The position numbers were made by a program, and so were the translations under genes. This document shows positions 1 to 13,238 of a DNA stretch of 64,000 nt, one piece after another. The first letter of the stretch is position 1. Each line of letters begins with the position of its first letter. The stretch spans positions 14,012,001 through 14,076,000 of the forward strand of contig OZ024754.1 of assembly GCA_964016885.1 (NCBI GenBank), read 5' to 3'. The stretch comes from Eledone cirrhosa. Taxonomy: Eukaryota. The notes below the pieces were generated by a model. The model worked only from the letters and a program-made list of their open reading frames with translations. It did not search any database and was not told the origin of the DNA.

Positions 1-72
1 ATAATACCGTATCAAGGAAAGCAATTCATAAAAAAGCTCAGCGTTCTAAAGGTTAATATTGATTTCTGTTTA

Positions 73-136
73 ATGGCTAATGAAAACTGTTGTTGTGAAA
101 TGACAGATTTTAGGCTTGTGGTAGTTCTCATTTGTG
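73..136 (+). CDS. Candidate upstream (signal-peptide-like) exon of the SRCR gene
   Basis: ATG at 73 or 100 reads ...MTDFRLVVVLIC-G and ends at a strong phase-1 donor G|GTAAGT (137), compatible with the phase-1 acceptor at 965. No homology support. Confidence 0.3.
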
Positions 137-963
137 GTAAGTCCCATGTCATATTAATTACATTAGTATATCTGTTAATTTGCTGGCACCACTTACAGGA
201 CGTATATCCTAACAGGATATGAAGTACATATTTCCTAGGGTATCTCTTACAAAGCTGATTCATGAAAAATTCCCATAAGGATTTAAATAACATCATCAAA
301 TACAGAAGAATTATCTTATCTGTTCATGGCTATACAAAGAGTTTAGAGTAATTGTCCTGTCAGTCTTGTTTATCTTAATCCTTTGGACATGAATTTTAGT
401 CTTATCAATGTTTGACATTTTTAATAATCTAAAATTAGATACAATGAGATTATTTGGTGCTCTCAGAGTGCAACAAGTTTATTAATTTGTCTTTCCAAGA
501 TTACCATATTAAACTGGATATGGAAGTGACAAACTCTATACTCCATTCTAGATGGCATATCTCAGCTGTGCTCTGTGGACATAATGGCAAAGGCGCTACC
601 ATGGAGAACAACCAGCAACACTCACTGCATCAACCACTCCACCTCATAGGGCTATTCTCTCAGGTGGGTGCATTCCTATCAATATTGCAGAGGGAAATGG
701 CAATTTAGGGACTGAGGATACAAGAGATCTTGATGGTGACAAGCATGGACAGGAAGCAGTCAGTCAAAACCCCATATCTGGCTATCTTTCTCTCCTCTGT
801 GTTATATGTGACAGTACTGAGGTTCTTGGCCAAAATGACAAGGTTGGAGGTAGAGAACATGCTGCAACACAAAATACTGGCCCCTATTTATAAATTTCAT
901 TTTTGTAGTCATTAGAAAGAATTGTCTGCATTCTGTATTCTATGTAAATGTTGTTGTTTTTAA

Positions 964-1110
<147 letters not shown>

Positions 1111-1429
1111 TAAGACTTCAGAATTCCTTTTTTTATTATCGTGGATGGATGTGGTTATTATTCAGTGTTGCAATGTTAGTGTGATTTCTACCTAACATTC
1201 TCAGTATATCCTACATTTTATCCTTTTAGGATGTTGGCAAGTTTTCTATGGCTGGATGCCCTTCCTATTACCAACCACTTTACAGTGTGTACAGGGGCAT
1301 TTAGCATGTAGACCACCAACACTAGGGAGGTTATCATACCCTTGACACAACTGAAGAGTCCTTTCAAGCCTCTTTTGTCATGAGTGTGTATGTGTATTGA
1401 TTAAAAAGTTTCAGACTTTTCATTGGTAA

Positions 1430-1935
1430 TCAGCAGAAGGGAGGTGTTAAAGCCAATGTCGTTATCTTCAATTCAGTATTTGTGCTAACCCTTACCTATG
1501 GTCATGAGTCTTGGGTAATTACCGAAAGAATACGATCATGAATACAAGCTGCTGAAATGGGGTTCCTCTAAATGGTCTTTGAAGTAACATTACTAAATAG
1601 AGTGTGTAGCTCAGGGATCAGAGAGTCACTCCAAGTAGAACCCTTACTTCTGCGGATTGAGAGATCACAGCTCCGATATTACGGACATGTGGTTAGAATG
1701 TCTCAGGAAAGAATCACTGGACAGATTTTATGGGCAAAACCAACTGGCAGGAGACCAAGGGGTAAACCCCAAGCAAGATGGTTGGATAACATCTATGAGC
1801 TTAGCTGGTCTCGCTTGGGGATCCAGCCGAATCAATTGGAGATGGTTACTTCTGACAGGACTCACTGGAAGGAGTGTTTGAGGACTCTGCCTCCACAACC
1901 CTCCCAGAAATAAGTGGGCAAAGAAGAAGATGTCT
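1430..1935 (+). mobile_element. 5'-truncated, decayed RTE-like LINE 3' end
   Basis: LTYGHESW...QAAEM...RSQLRYYGHVVRM...GRRPRGKP, in-frame stops, (GAA)n tail. Confidence 0.8.
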
Positions 1936-2106
1936 TCTTCATGTTTCTCGGTGCGGCCTAACTTTATTTAGTTCAATGAAGACCAGACCACAAAGAAACA
2001 GATGCTGTGGCAAACAATTTGACTTAAATGAATGAATCTTTAGACTGAGTCTATAGTGATGTGAAAATATTCAAGATAAGATAAAATATGCTGTTTTATA
2101 TTTCAG

Positions 2107-2270
2107 TGACGCCATTTCTTATGGTAAAGCGAGATATGGCCCTGGAACAGGACCCATCTGGCTTGATGATGTGAAATGTTCTGGTAAAGAACATTTCATT
2201 ACAGGCTGCAAATTAAATGATTGGGGCAAAAATGATTGTACTCATGAAGAAGATGCAGGAGTTCTCTGTA
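2107..2270 (+). CDS. SRCR domain 1, second half-exon
   Basis: tttcag| DAISYGKARYGPGTGPIWLDDVKCSGKEHFITGCKLNDWGKNDCTHEEDAGVLC |gtgagt; 164 nt. Confidence 0.93.
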
Positions 2271-3304
2271 GTGAGTATCATTTCATTGTTATTGTTATTG
2301 TTATTGTTGTCCAAAAGCTTTCCACCGGTGAGGATCCTGTCATTTTTTTAGACATAGTATATCTTGGAGCACATTATGTAATGTGTCCTCTCATGTTTTT
2401 AGATGGTAGGATGGAATTTAAAGGAGATTTTACTGCTACCTCTAGCAATTGAAGTAACCATATAGAGGCTCCCTCATTAGCTTGCTGTTGATGTTATTTA
2501 TTTGTTTGGTTGTTTGTTTATGGGTGATATTTGTAAGTTCTATGAGAGGATGCTATAGCTTGCTTAAAGCATTGTGTTAAGTATAGAAAACAGAAGGCTA
2601 CAGTAATGCAAATGGGACATTAAATATCAAAAATATAATGATAACAAAGATGTTGGAATGTTACATTGGAATTGTTTAATCATCATCATCCTTTTACATC
2701 CATTGTTCCACACTTGCATGGCCTTCTCAGTACAGTATCTCTTCACTCGTGTTCCTTTGTCATCTCCTCCATGAGCTTTAACAATCTGAGATCAGCTCTC
2801 CATTCACATCCATTCAGGTCTGCTTTGGAGTTGTTTAAGAGTCCTTAATATTTTGGGATAAAACCCCTTTATCAAAAAAAAAAAGATTTGAGAAAACTAA
2901 TTTAGACTGGGATATCTTGTGGCATTTTTATATCTAAAAGTGGTGGTGGTTTTTTTTAATGTTGGTATGTACTCTAAGCTATGTTCTAATCTAAGCTATG
3001 AGTTCTTTATAAGAAAATATATTGAGTTTTGTTCTAAAACATCTTTAAGGCTGTTATTGTGTCTCTTGCTATTTCTCTTTCTCTGTAAGAAATCAGCGGT
3101 GTTTAGGGAGAGGGGGTAAAGTCTATCAAATTTAAATGCCCAAGATATGTTGTTTATCATAATGCTACCCTTATGACTCAAATAAGCATTATGGACCCCA
3201 TACATGTATGATTTCTGTCAAATATTTGTGTCAGTCATGTAACAGAATTAAGAGCTGGGTACATATAAAATGTAATTCTACTTACTCTCTTTTCTATTTT
3301 CCAG

Positions 3305-3455
3305 GAAATATATCAGTTCGACTGATGGATCAAAATAAACCTGGTGTGAATAAGGGTCGTGTTGAGGTGTTCTTCAATAATGCTTGGGGTACAATTTGTG
3401 ACAATGGATGGGATGATACTGATGCCTCAGTGGTCTGTCAGACACTTGGATTCAA
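3305..3455 (+). CDS. SRCR domain 2, first half-exon
   Basis: ccag| [49 protein letters not shown] |gtagg. Confidence 0.93.
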
Positions 3456-3527
3456 GTAGGGGAATTATTAGTTGTTCTGCCATACTATGATATTCCACTA
3501 CCCCACTATTATATGATACAGTATTGT

Positions 3528-5290
3528 TATGATATCAGACAGTATCACTATGATATCAGACTGTATCACTATGATATCAGACTGTATCACTATGATATCA
3601 GGTTGTATCACTGATATCAGACTGTATCACTATGATATCAGGCTGTATCACTATGATATCAGACTGTATCACTATGATATAAGACAGTATTACTATGATA
3701 TCAGGCTGTATCACTATGATATCAGGCTGTATCACTATGATATCAGAGTGTATCACTATGATATCAGACTGTATCACTATGATATCAGGCTGTATCACTA
3801 TGATATCAGAGTGTATCACTATGATATCAGGCTGTATCACTATGATATCAGACTGTATCACTATGATATAAGACAGTATCACTATGATATCAGGCTGTAT
3901 CACTATGATATCAGAGAGTATCACTATGATATCAAACTGTATCACTATGATATCAGACTACATCACTATGATATCAGAGTGTATCACTATGAAATCAGAC
4001 AGTATCACTATGATATCAGACAGTATCACTATGATATCAGGCTGTATCACTATGATATCAGACTGTATCACTATGATATCAAACTGTATCACTATGATAT
4101 CAGAGTGTATCACTATGATATCAAACTGTATCACTATGATATCAGACAGTATCACTATGATATCAGACTGTATCACTATGATATCAGGCTGTATCACTAT
4201 GATATCAGGCTGTATCACTATGATATCAGACTGTATCACTATGATATTAGACTGTATCACTATGATATCATAGAGTATCACTATGATATCAGACTGTATC
4301 ACTATGATATCAAACTGTATCACTATGATATCAGGCTGTATCACTATGATATCAGACTGTATCACTATGATATTAGACTGTATCACTATGATATCAGACT
4401 ACATCACTATGATATCAAACTGTATCACTATGATATCAAACTGTATCACTATGATACCAGGCTGTATCATTATGATATCAGACTATATCACTATGATATC
4501 AGAGAGTATCACTATGATATCAAACTGTATCACTATGATATCAGACTACATCACTATGATATCAGAGTGTATCACTATGATATCAGGCTGTATCACTATG
4601 ATATCAGGCTGTATCACTATGATATCAGAGAGTATCACTATGATATCAAACTGTATCACTATGATATCAGACTACATCACTATGATATCAGAGTGTATCA
4701 CTATGATATCAGACTGTATCACTATGATATCAGGCTGTATCACTATGATATCAGGCTGTATCACTATGATATCAGACTGTATCACTATGATATTAGACTG
4801 TATCACTATGATATCATAGAGTATCACTATGATATCAGACTGTATCACTATGATATCAAACTGTATCACTATGATATCAGGCTGTATCACTATGATATCA
4901 GACTGTATCACTATGATATTAGACTGTATCACTATGATATCAGACTACATCACTATGATATCAAACTGTATCACTATGATATCAAACTGTATCACTATGA
5001 TACCAGGCTGTATCATTATGATATCAGACTATATCACTATGATATCAGAGAGTATCACTATGATATCAAACTGTATCACTATGATATCAGACTACATCAC
5101 TATGATATCAAACTGTATCACTATGATATCAGACTGTATCACTATGATATCAAACTGTATCATTATGATATCAAACTGTATCACTATGATATCAGACTGT
5201 ATCACTATGATATCAGACAGTATCACTATGATATCAGACAGTATCACTATGATATTGGGCTGTATTACTATGATATCAAGCTCTATTGTT
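3528..5290. repeat. 21-bp minisatellite (TATCACTATGATATCAGACTG)n
   Basis: About 84 units; the variant pattern repeats with a 546-bp (26-unit) period. Confidence 0.97.
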
Positions 5291-5349
5291 TTGATATTGA
5301 ACAGTGTGACTATGATATTGTTTTTTTTTTACTATAATATTGGCTTGCT

Positions 5350-5960
5350 GCCCTTCCTAAAACCAACCTTTTACAGAGTGTACTGGGTGTATTTTATCAT
5401 GACACCAGCACTACCGCTTTACAGAGTGTACTGGGTGTATTTTATCCTGTCACCAGCACTAGGACTTTACAGTGTGTACTGGGTACAACTTATCATGACA
5501 CCAGCTTTACTACTTTACAGTGTGTACTGGGTGTATTTTATCATAGCACCAGCACAACCGTTTTACAGTGTGTACTGGGTGTATTTTATCATGGCACCAG
5601 CACTGCCATTTTACAGTGTGTACTTGGTATATTTTATTATGATACCAGCACTTCCATTTTACAGTGTGTACTGGGTGTATTTTATCATGACACCAGCATT
5701 ACCACTTTACAGTGTGTACTGGGTGTATTTTATCATGTCACTAGCATTACCATTTGACAGTGTGTACTTGGTGTATTTTATCATGGCACCAGCACTGCCA
5801 TTTTACAGTATGTGCTGGGTGTATTTCATCATGGCACCAGCACTACCACTTTACAGTGTGTACTGGGTATAACTTATTATGACACCACAATTACCATTCT
5901 ACAGAGTAGTCTTGGTGTATCTTATGGTACCAGCACTACTACATTAAAGTGTATACCATG
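5350..5960. repeat. 45-bp minisatellite derived from the RTE/SINE-A 3' region; related array at 12355-12780
   Basis: Unit TTTACAGTGTGTACTGGGTGTATTTTATCATGGCACCAGCACTACCAC. Confidence 0.9.
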
Positions 5961-6448
5961 TGCCATTTATTGCAGTTATAATATTATATCATATGACTAT
6001 AGTAATATGGTCCCTATAGTTATGACACTGCACCTTCTGTCTATGTTGTTAAAGTTATTGTTGATGTAACACAAAATAATTGTTTCTACTTTTGGCACAA
6101 GGCCAGCAATTATCCAAGTGTATTACTGGTACTTTATTTTATCGACCCTGTAAGGATGAAAGGCAAAGTTAACCTCGGCGGGATTTGAACTCAGATCATG
6201 CTTCAAAGCATGGCGACCGACCCTCTACCGATACTGTCAATCCACCACAAAATAATTGTTTCTACTTTAGGCACAAGGCCAGCAATTACCCAGTACATTA
6301 CTGGTACTTTATTTTATCGACCCCGTAAGGATGAAAGGCAAAGTTAACCTCGGCGAGATTTGAACTCAAATAATGTACAATAATTATAACTTATAATTCT
6401 GCAGACTGTGTTATTGTTACCTTTATTGTTTGTATGTATTTGTTGTAG

Positions 6449-6612
6449 CGGTGGTGTAGCGTACGGATCAGCTAAATTTGGAGCAGGCTCAGGTCGGATC
6501 TGGTTGTCACGTGTTGAATGTAAAGGAGATGAAAAATCTATCACTGAATGCCAGAAGAATTCCTGGGGTTTGAACCACTGCAAACATGATGAAGATGCAG
6601 CTGTAGAATGCA
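6449..6612 (+). CDS. SRCR domain 2, second half-exon
   Basis: ttgtag| GGVAYGSAKFGAGSGRIWLSRVECKGDEKSITECQKNSWGLNHCKHDEDAAVEC |gtaag; 164 nt. Confidence 0.93.
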
Positions 6613-6666
6613 GTAAGCATGTCATACTCATGCAGTATTTTCTTTACCTTTGCTAGACAATAGGAG

Positions 6667-6875
6667 ATGATGATGATGGGAGATGATGGTGATAGTGATG
6701 GTGATGGTGATGGTGGTGGTGGTGGTGATGATGATGATGGTGGTGGTGGTGGTGATGATGGTGACGATGATGGTGACGATGATGGTGACGATGATGATGG
6801 TGATGATGATGACGATGATGATGATAATGATGATGGTGTTGATGATGATGATGATGATGATGATGGTGATGATGG

Positions 6876-6906
<31 letters not shown>

Positions 6907-6980
6907 AACTGTAGTGGTGACAATGATGATGACAGTGATGATGATGATGATGACAGTGATTGTGATGATGATGATGATGT
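6667..6980. repeat. (GAT/GGT)n microsatellite; similar tracts at 20393-20520, 21798-22072, 35420-35830, 50265-50406
   Basis: Direct reading. Confidence 0.95.
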
Positions 6981-7210
6981 TATATTGAGGATGTATGGAC
7001 ACCAATTCCCTCTGATAAAAGAGATGAGAGTCATAAAGAAAGAAGTAAACTCAGAACAGCTTCAATTCTCTTCCATCCTGTCGGCTGAACCAACAAAGTA
7101 GACTCTTAAGTTTCATTTATAGTGGTTGCATATGGAGGAAACGCCTTCTCCATTCTGTCCACCGGGGCTGTGGGTGGGCCCCATCGCGTACCAATTGTTG
7201 TTGTTGGTGT

Positions 7211-7540
7211 TCATCATTTTACGTCCGCTTTTCCCTGCTTGCAAGGGTGGGACGGGAATTGATTCTGGCTTGATTTCTACAGCTGGATGCCCTTCCTAAC
7301 ACCAACCTCATTTACAGTGAGTGCTGGGTGCTTTTTTTGCCATGGCACCTCCACATCCACTTTGCAATGGAATGATAGGGAACCCAGTGCCTATCATCTC
7401 ATTTCTACAGCTGAGCAAACTGGAGCAATGTGAAATAAAGTGTCTTGCTCAAGGAAACAACACATCATCCGGTCTGAGAATTGAACTCACAACCTTTCGA
7501 TTGCAAGGCCAATGCTCTAACCATTAAGCCATGTGACTCC
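7211..7540 (-). mobile_element. SINE-A: tRNA-derived head, CORE-like middle, RTE-derived tail
   Basis: A box TGGCTTAGTGG-like, B box GAGTTCAATTC, CCTTGAGCAAGACAC; tail shared with the RTE 3'UTR. Confidence 0.88.
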
Positions 7541-7718
7541 AATACATTAGTTAAATACCATTCTTTCATCTGATATATCTCTAAATTATATTTTGTATGT
7601 AAATGGTATAACTGAAGTCATAGACTAAAATTCTATTTAGGAAACCGAATGAATCTCGGCTTCAGAGTTAAGAATAAAGTAAATAAAATACAGAGGTAAA
7701 TGAAATTAAATATACTAT

Positions 7719-8071
7719 GGAGGCACATGGCTTAGTGGTTAGAGCATTGGCCTTGCAATCGAAAGGTTAGTGAGTTCAATTCTCAGACCGGGTGATGTGT
7801 TGTTTCCTTGAGCAAGACACTTTATTTCACATTGCTCCAGTTTACTCAGCTGTAGAAATGAGATGATAGGGACTGAGGTCCTTATCATTCCACTGCAAAG
7901 TGGTCGTGGAGGTGCCATGGCAAAAAAGCACCCAGCACTCACTGTAAATGAGGTTGGTGTTAGGAAGGGCATCCAGCTGTAGAAATGAAGCCAGCATCAG
8001 TTCCCGTCCTACCCTTGCAAGCAGGGAAAAAGCGGACGTAAAATGAAATGATGATGATGATGATGATGATG
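7719..8071 (+). mobile_element. SINE-A
   Basis: Full-length copy with (TGA)n tail. Confidence 0.9.
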
Positions 8072-8613
8072 ATTAAGACTAATACAACAATTGATAAAAC
8101 AAAGTTATAAGATGCTTAGAATGTTGTGAAAAGACTAATAGACTGTATTTCAAATAATCTTGAAAATAATAAAAACAACATTTTTTTCACTTCTCTTGAA
8201 AGAGGTAAGTAACTTTGGCAAGGCAGTAACACTAACATAATTTCCTTCTCATCCATGGATCTCCTTATCTTTGTAGACATACAGCATTGCACCCATGTCT
8301 ACACCAACTAAATAAGGAAGTTCCCAGATATCATTCATTTACCAAGTAGGGTAGGGTAGGCCTTGTTAAATTGGACCAAGGGAACAATGTTTCCACTGGT
8401 CTTTCCATTGCTGATACTACCAGTCACCACTCCTGGCAGAAAGAGCAATGTGAAATAAAGTGCCTTGCTCAAGGACATAACACAATACCTGATCTGAGAA
8501 TTGAACTCGTAACCTCATGATTGTGAATCCAATTCCGTAACCACTAATCCCCATGATTTCACAAACTAAATACATGACTTATGTCTTTCTTCTTTCTCTT
8601 TGCTTCTATTAAG

Positions 8614-8752
8614 GTCGCTTGAGGTTAACCGGGGGCAAAAATGACATCAGTGGTAATGTGGAGATTGATTTCAACAACCAGTGGGGTTCAATTTGTGACA
8701 ATGGCTGGACAGACAAGGAGGCTCATGTTGTCTGTAAGATGCTGGGATATAC
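8614..8752 (+). CDS. SRCR domain 3, first half-exon
   Basis: Pyrimidine tract then taag| RLRLTGGKNDISGNVEIDFNNQWGSICDNGWTDKEAHVVCKMLGY |gtaagt. Confidence 0.92.
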
Positions 8753-9118
8753 GTAAGTATGCATATCTATCTATCATCATCATCATCATCATCATCATCG
8801 TTTAACGTCTATCTTCCACGCTTGCATGGGTTAGATGGGAATTGTCCCACTTGAGGCAAGATTGATCGGGTCACCGTGTCTCACTCATATAAGACTGTAT
8901 CTGGCAGGTTTTCTACGACTGGATGCCCTTCCTAACACCAACCACATTTACAGTGTGGACTGGGAGCCTTTTTACCGTGTCTCCTAAACGACCACTTTAC
9001 AGTGTGGACTGGGTGTTTTTTTTTTTTGTCGTGACACCTACACAACCTTTTTAGTTTGGACTGGACCTATATATTTATCTATCTATCTATCTATTTATAT
9101 ATCTATCTATCTACCTAC

Positions 9119-9209
<91 letters not shown>

Positions 9210-9213
9210 GCGT

Positions 9214-9244
<31 letters not shown>

Positions 9245-9295
9245 GGCGTAGGACAGAACAAAGGAGAGGCACAAAAACAAAGAAAAGAATCTCCA

Positions 9296-9338
9296 GTCAC
9301 TGAAGAGGTCACAGAATGTGTGACGAAAGAACTTTGAC
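9296..9338 (+). ncRNA. Type I hammerhead ribozyme motif, minimal stem III
   Basis: GUCA-CUGAAGA-G-GUCACA(gaaug)UGUGAC-GAAA-G(aa)C-UU-UGAC; one extra G before stem II; lies between (TA)n tracts. Confidence 0.6.
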
Positions 9339-9570
9339 AATATATGAACAATCGTCTGGTTGTGGAACCAACCAACCAATCGGAAATTTATAAATTCCTA
9401 AATTTATAAATTTAATTTATAATAAATTGAAGTGAAAGCAACTGGTGCGTGTGTTTCTTATTGGCAACATCACCCTCCCAAAGTATAGCAATATCGGTTT
9501 CAACACACGTTTTCAGATAAAGAATCTTGCTAAACAAATTCAGAAACGAAATATATATATATATATATAT

Positions 9571-9911
9571 GGAGGCACATGGCTTAGTGGTTAGAGCATT
9601 GGCCTTGCAATCGAAAGGTTGTGAGTTCAATTCTCAGACCGGGTGATGTGTTGTTTCCTTGAGCAAGACACTTTATTTCACATTGCTCCAGTTTACTCAG
9701 CTGTAGAAATGAGATGATAGAAACTGGGTTCTCTATCATTCCACTGCAAAGTGGTCGTGGAGGTGCCATGGCAAAAAAGCACCCAGCACTCACTGTAAAT
9801 GAAGTTGGTGTTAGGAAGGGCATCCAGCTGTAGAAATCAAGCCAGAATCAGTTCCTGTCCCACCCTTGCAAGCAGGGAAAAGCGGACGTAAAATGAAATG
9901 ATGATGATGAT
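9571..9911 (+). mobile_element. SINE-A
   Basis: Full-length copy directly after (TA)n. Confidence 0.9.
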
Positions 9912-10425
9912 GTATGATTTTTCCTTGCATTTCCTCTTTTTACATTTTTTACATTTATATATAACTGAATCTCTATAACTCGCCCCCACTCAGATATTTA
10001 TCACGGGTTTTTCCTGCATTTCCTTTCATTCATTCTCTCTATAATTCTTTTATACCCTTTTTTACCTTTATATATATGTTTTTTTTTTCCTTTATTCTCT
10101 TTATGATACCGTTTTCCCCGTTCATTGTACCTTTTCTTATATTTTTCTTTAAGTCATCCATGTATTATTTGTCTCCACCGGATTGACCGGGATACCAACT
10201 ACAGGACTGTTTAATTTTTACATTTGTTACATCAGATACTTTAAATATTGCCAGTCATTCTCGACAAGAGGCCAGTGTTTGCCAGTGGGGAGTCAGAACA
10301 AGTTAATATCTGGCTCGGAACCCAACCCTAATACCAATATACACTTTACCAGTTAGATATAATTCTTAGCATATTGACTGTTATTTAGCTTTCCAGTTTT
10401 CTAACTTTTAATTCTATCTATCTGT

Positions 10426-10782
10426 CTAAGGCGGGTAAAATTCCCGAGATCCATGGACGAGTTCTCTCCAGCGGTCTCTGTCCCTCATTATCGCTGCCAT
10501 GTCCTGTGTCTCCAACAGACCAGTGTCTGTCCTTAGGGCATCAACATACGTTAACCTTGGTCTTCCTCTTCTAGTGTGTCCATGTAGGGGCTCCCACAGG
10601 AGCACTGAGTGCAATGTCAACTCTGGATGTCGGTGAGCATGTCCAACCAACCTCAGTCTCCTCTGTGTCACTTTTGAGCTGACTTTTGGGATGCTCCCAT
10701 ACAGCTCTGAGTTTTTCATCCTCAGTGTATACTGATTAATGTTCAGAGCCATCCTCAGCATTCTCGTGTAGCACCCATCCAC
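10426..10782 (-). mobile_element. RTE-like LINE 3' fragment; related copies at about 28140-28305 (-), 33436-33625 (+), 46047-46232 (+)
   Basis: RRLRLVGHAHRH...GHTRRGRPRLTYVD...RDRWR; near-identical copies ending in a TAGA/(TAGA)n tail. Confidence 0.82.
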
Positions 10783-11654
10783 GTCTGAATTCTAGAATTT
10801 ATTCTGGGTTTGCGGGTTGTGAAACCTTTAATATTTTCTATAAGTTATATTAACCATAGCAGTACATAACTTTCTCAATTTGGGAACGATGGTCTATATA
10901 TTATCCCACCATAAACAGGTAGCAGGTACAAACGCATTACATTCTGCAGACCACCAAAGCTAGCAGTAAATCAATTTTGGCTGGTCTGAACTCCAACTGA
11001 TCATATAGAGTTTTCAGCTGAGGTGGTGGGGGTCTGGTAGATAGAGAGAATACATAAGGTGGGTGGTATTCTTGGTTGTAGTCAAGTAGTCAGCCACCCA
11101 CACCCCTGTGACTATGCAGTGCTATCAGGATATTCTGAAAATTAGAAGGGGGCGGGCACTCCAAGCAAAAACACACAATTTTTTTTTCGTCTGCTCCTTT
11201 CCACCCAAAATTACCTCGAAAATGTTATCTTTTAATTAATTTTTGATGTCTGAAGAAATCACGATATCTATCGTCATGGAAATATGTACAACGGCTCAAT
11301 TAATAAAGGACCCTAACATCTTCAATTTCGCATTTTCCTCTTTATTATTATTGATTAGTAGTATCGGTAGAGGGTCGGACACCATGCTTTGTAGCATAGA
11401 GTCTGAGTTCAAATCCCACCGAGGTTAACTTTGCCTTTCATCCTTACGGGGTCGATAAAATAAAGTACCAGTCACGCACTGGGGTCGATTCAATCAACTT
11501 TCCCCTCCGCCAAAATTGCTGGCCTTGTGCCTATATAAGAAATAATAATTATTATTATTATATATATATGTGTCTTATGGTAGCTAAGGTGTGTCCATAG
11601 TCGGTATGCCAGTTGGGCACTCTATACTCCTACGGAGCATCCGAAATCAATAGA

Positions 11655-11744
11655 CGTATCTGAGGAACTTGCGAATCCAGAGTCAGGTCGATCCACAAAC
11701 AGATCGCACCTCGAGCTGTTCGCCGTGGAAACAATTGTAATACG
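11655..11744 (+). ncRNA. Type I hammerhead ribozyme motif, long stem II
   Basis: CGUAU-CUGAGGA-...GCGAA...UUCGC...-GAAA-CAAUUG-UA-AUACG, then AATAAA and (TC)(TA)n. Confidence 0.72.
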
Positions 11745-11788
11745 CAATAAATTGAGTTCCGACGCATCACTGATTTTTCGTTTTCCAT

Positions 11789-11824
<36 letters not shown>

Positions 11825-12099
11825 ATATATCTCTTAACGATCGACTTTCGTCAAATCGGACCGAGGAAACAATGTTTCCGTTGGTCTTTCCAATTGCTAA
11901 TACTATCTATCGGTCGCAACTCCAGGTAGAAGGAGCAACGTGAAATAAAGTGTCTTGCTCAAGGACATAACGCATCGCCCGGTCCAGGAATTGAACTCAC
12001 AACCTCACGATTACATATCCAATTCTCTAACCACTCAGCCACATGCCTTCACCAAATATAATATATATAGAGAGAGATATATATGTATTCCTTTTGCAT

Positions 12100-12345
12100 T
12101 TGCCACTCTTTCACTTGCACCTCCACCAACGTCACCTATGCCCTCAAGTGTTCCTTTTGTGGGTCTATACTGGACAGACAGGCCACCGTCTAGTGGACTG
12201 ATTCACTGAACACCTTAGAGACACACAACTTGGTAAAGACATTCCTGTCGCTCGTCACTTCCGTCCCCCCAACCACTCTACTCAACATCTCACTGTCTCA
12301 GGCCATCTTTTACACCACAGATACACAGCTACTTGCATCAGTTAT
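12100..12345 (+). pseudogene. Decayed Penelope-like GIY-YIG endonuclease fragment
   Basis: HSFTCTSTNVTYALKCSFCG / frameshift / YTGQTGHRLVD*FTEHLRDTQLGKDIPVARHFRPPNHSTQHLTVSG. Confidence 0.8.
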
Positions 12346-12909
12346 AGCACTCGTATCACCACCTTAGAGGGTGGACTGGGTGCTTTTCTGTCATGTCACC
12401 TGTACAACCACCTTACAGGGTGGACTGGGTGCTTTTCTGTCATGTCACCAACACCATCACCTTACAGGGTGGACTGGGTGCTTTTTGTCATGTCACCAGT
12501 ACACCCACCTGACAGGGTAGACTGAGTGCTTTTTGTCATGTCACCAGTACCACCACCTTACAGCGTGGAGTGGGTGCTTTTTGTCATATCACCAATACCA
12601 CCACCTGACAGGGTGGAGTGGGTGCTTTTTGTCATGTCACCTGTACAACCACTTTACAGGGTGGACTGAGTGCTTTTTATCATGTCACCTGTACAACCAC
12701 CTTACATGGTGGACTGGGTGTTTTCTGTTGTGGCGCCAGTACAACCACCTTACAGGGTGGACTGGGTGCTTTTTGTCATACTTTTTCCAAATAACTCACT
12801 CTAGAGATAAGAGTTAATATTTTACACTGGTTATTCTGTTTAATTCTGTTAGTCTTTCATAAGAAAACCAAAAATATCAAAAAATGTTTCCTGTACTTGC
12901 TGTAACAAT

Positions 12910-13238
12910 GCTTTCTTTATTAACCACAAGGGTTTACACAAAGTAGACATTAAGGACAGTACAGGACAATACAGGACAGTACAAATGGGCATTTCTGCGT
13001 GTAAAACAACAAAAAAAAACAGAGGATGTAATAAAAGAACAATGAAAAATTTCCCAATAGGGGGGAGACTTCCGAGGGCCATCGTGGAGAAAGCCCATTA
13101 AAAAAAGCCACGGTGACCCTGACCACCGGGGCAATTGTCCTCTCCCAGTTTTCCACCTTCAATTTACAGGCATATACTCATAGTAGGTCCATTCACTCGG
13201 GCCATTCTTACCTCTCTCACCCATCTTTCAACAAAAAG
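12910..13238 (-). mobile_element. Tx1/L1-like LINE 3' end with 14-bp TSD
   Basis: Similar to the 3' ends at 47835 and 58335; flanked by direct repeat CTTGCTGTAACAAT (12896, 13239). Confidence 0.75.

Noticed and set aside
454-708. 84-aa ORF with a possible exon at about 500-663
   Set aside because: No recognisable domain, and it would end in phase 0, incompatible with the phase-1 SRCR exon at 965.
3529-5337. 602-aa ORF of YHYDIRL repeats
   Set aside because: Translation of a 21-bp intronic minisatellite; several frames are open on both strands and there is no unique coding sequence.
6667-7101. Poly-Asp/Gly ORF resembling an acidic biomineral protein (also 20383, 21787, 50182)
   Set aside because: (GAT/GGT)n microsatellites in introns, without splice signals or a signal peptide.
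7719-7795. tRNA-like sequence
   Set aside because: It is the A/B-box head of a SINE repeated many times; no complete cloverleaf with an acceptor stem.
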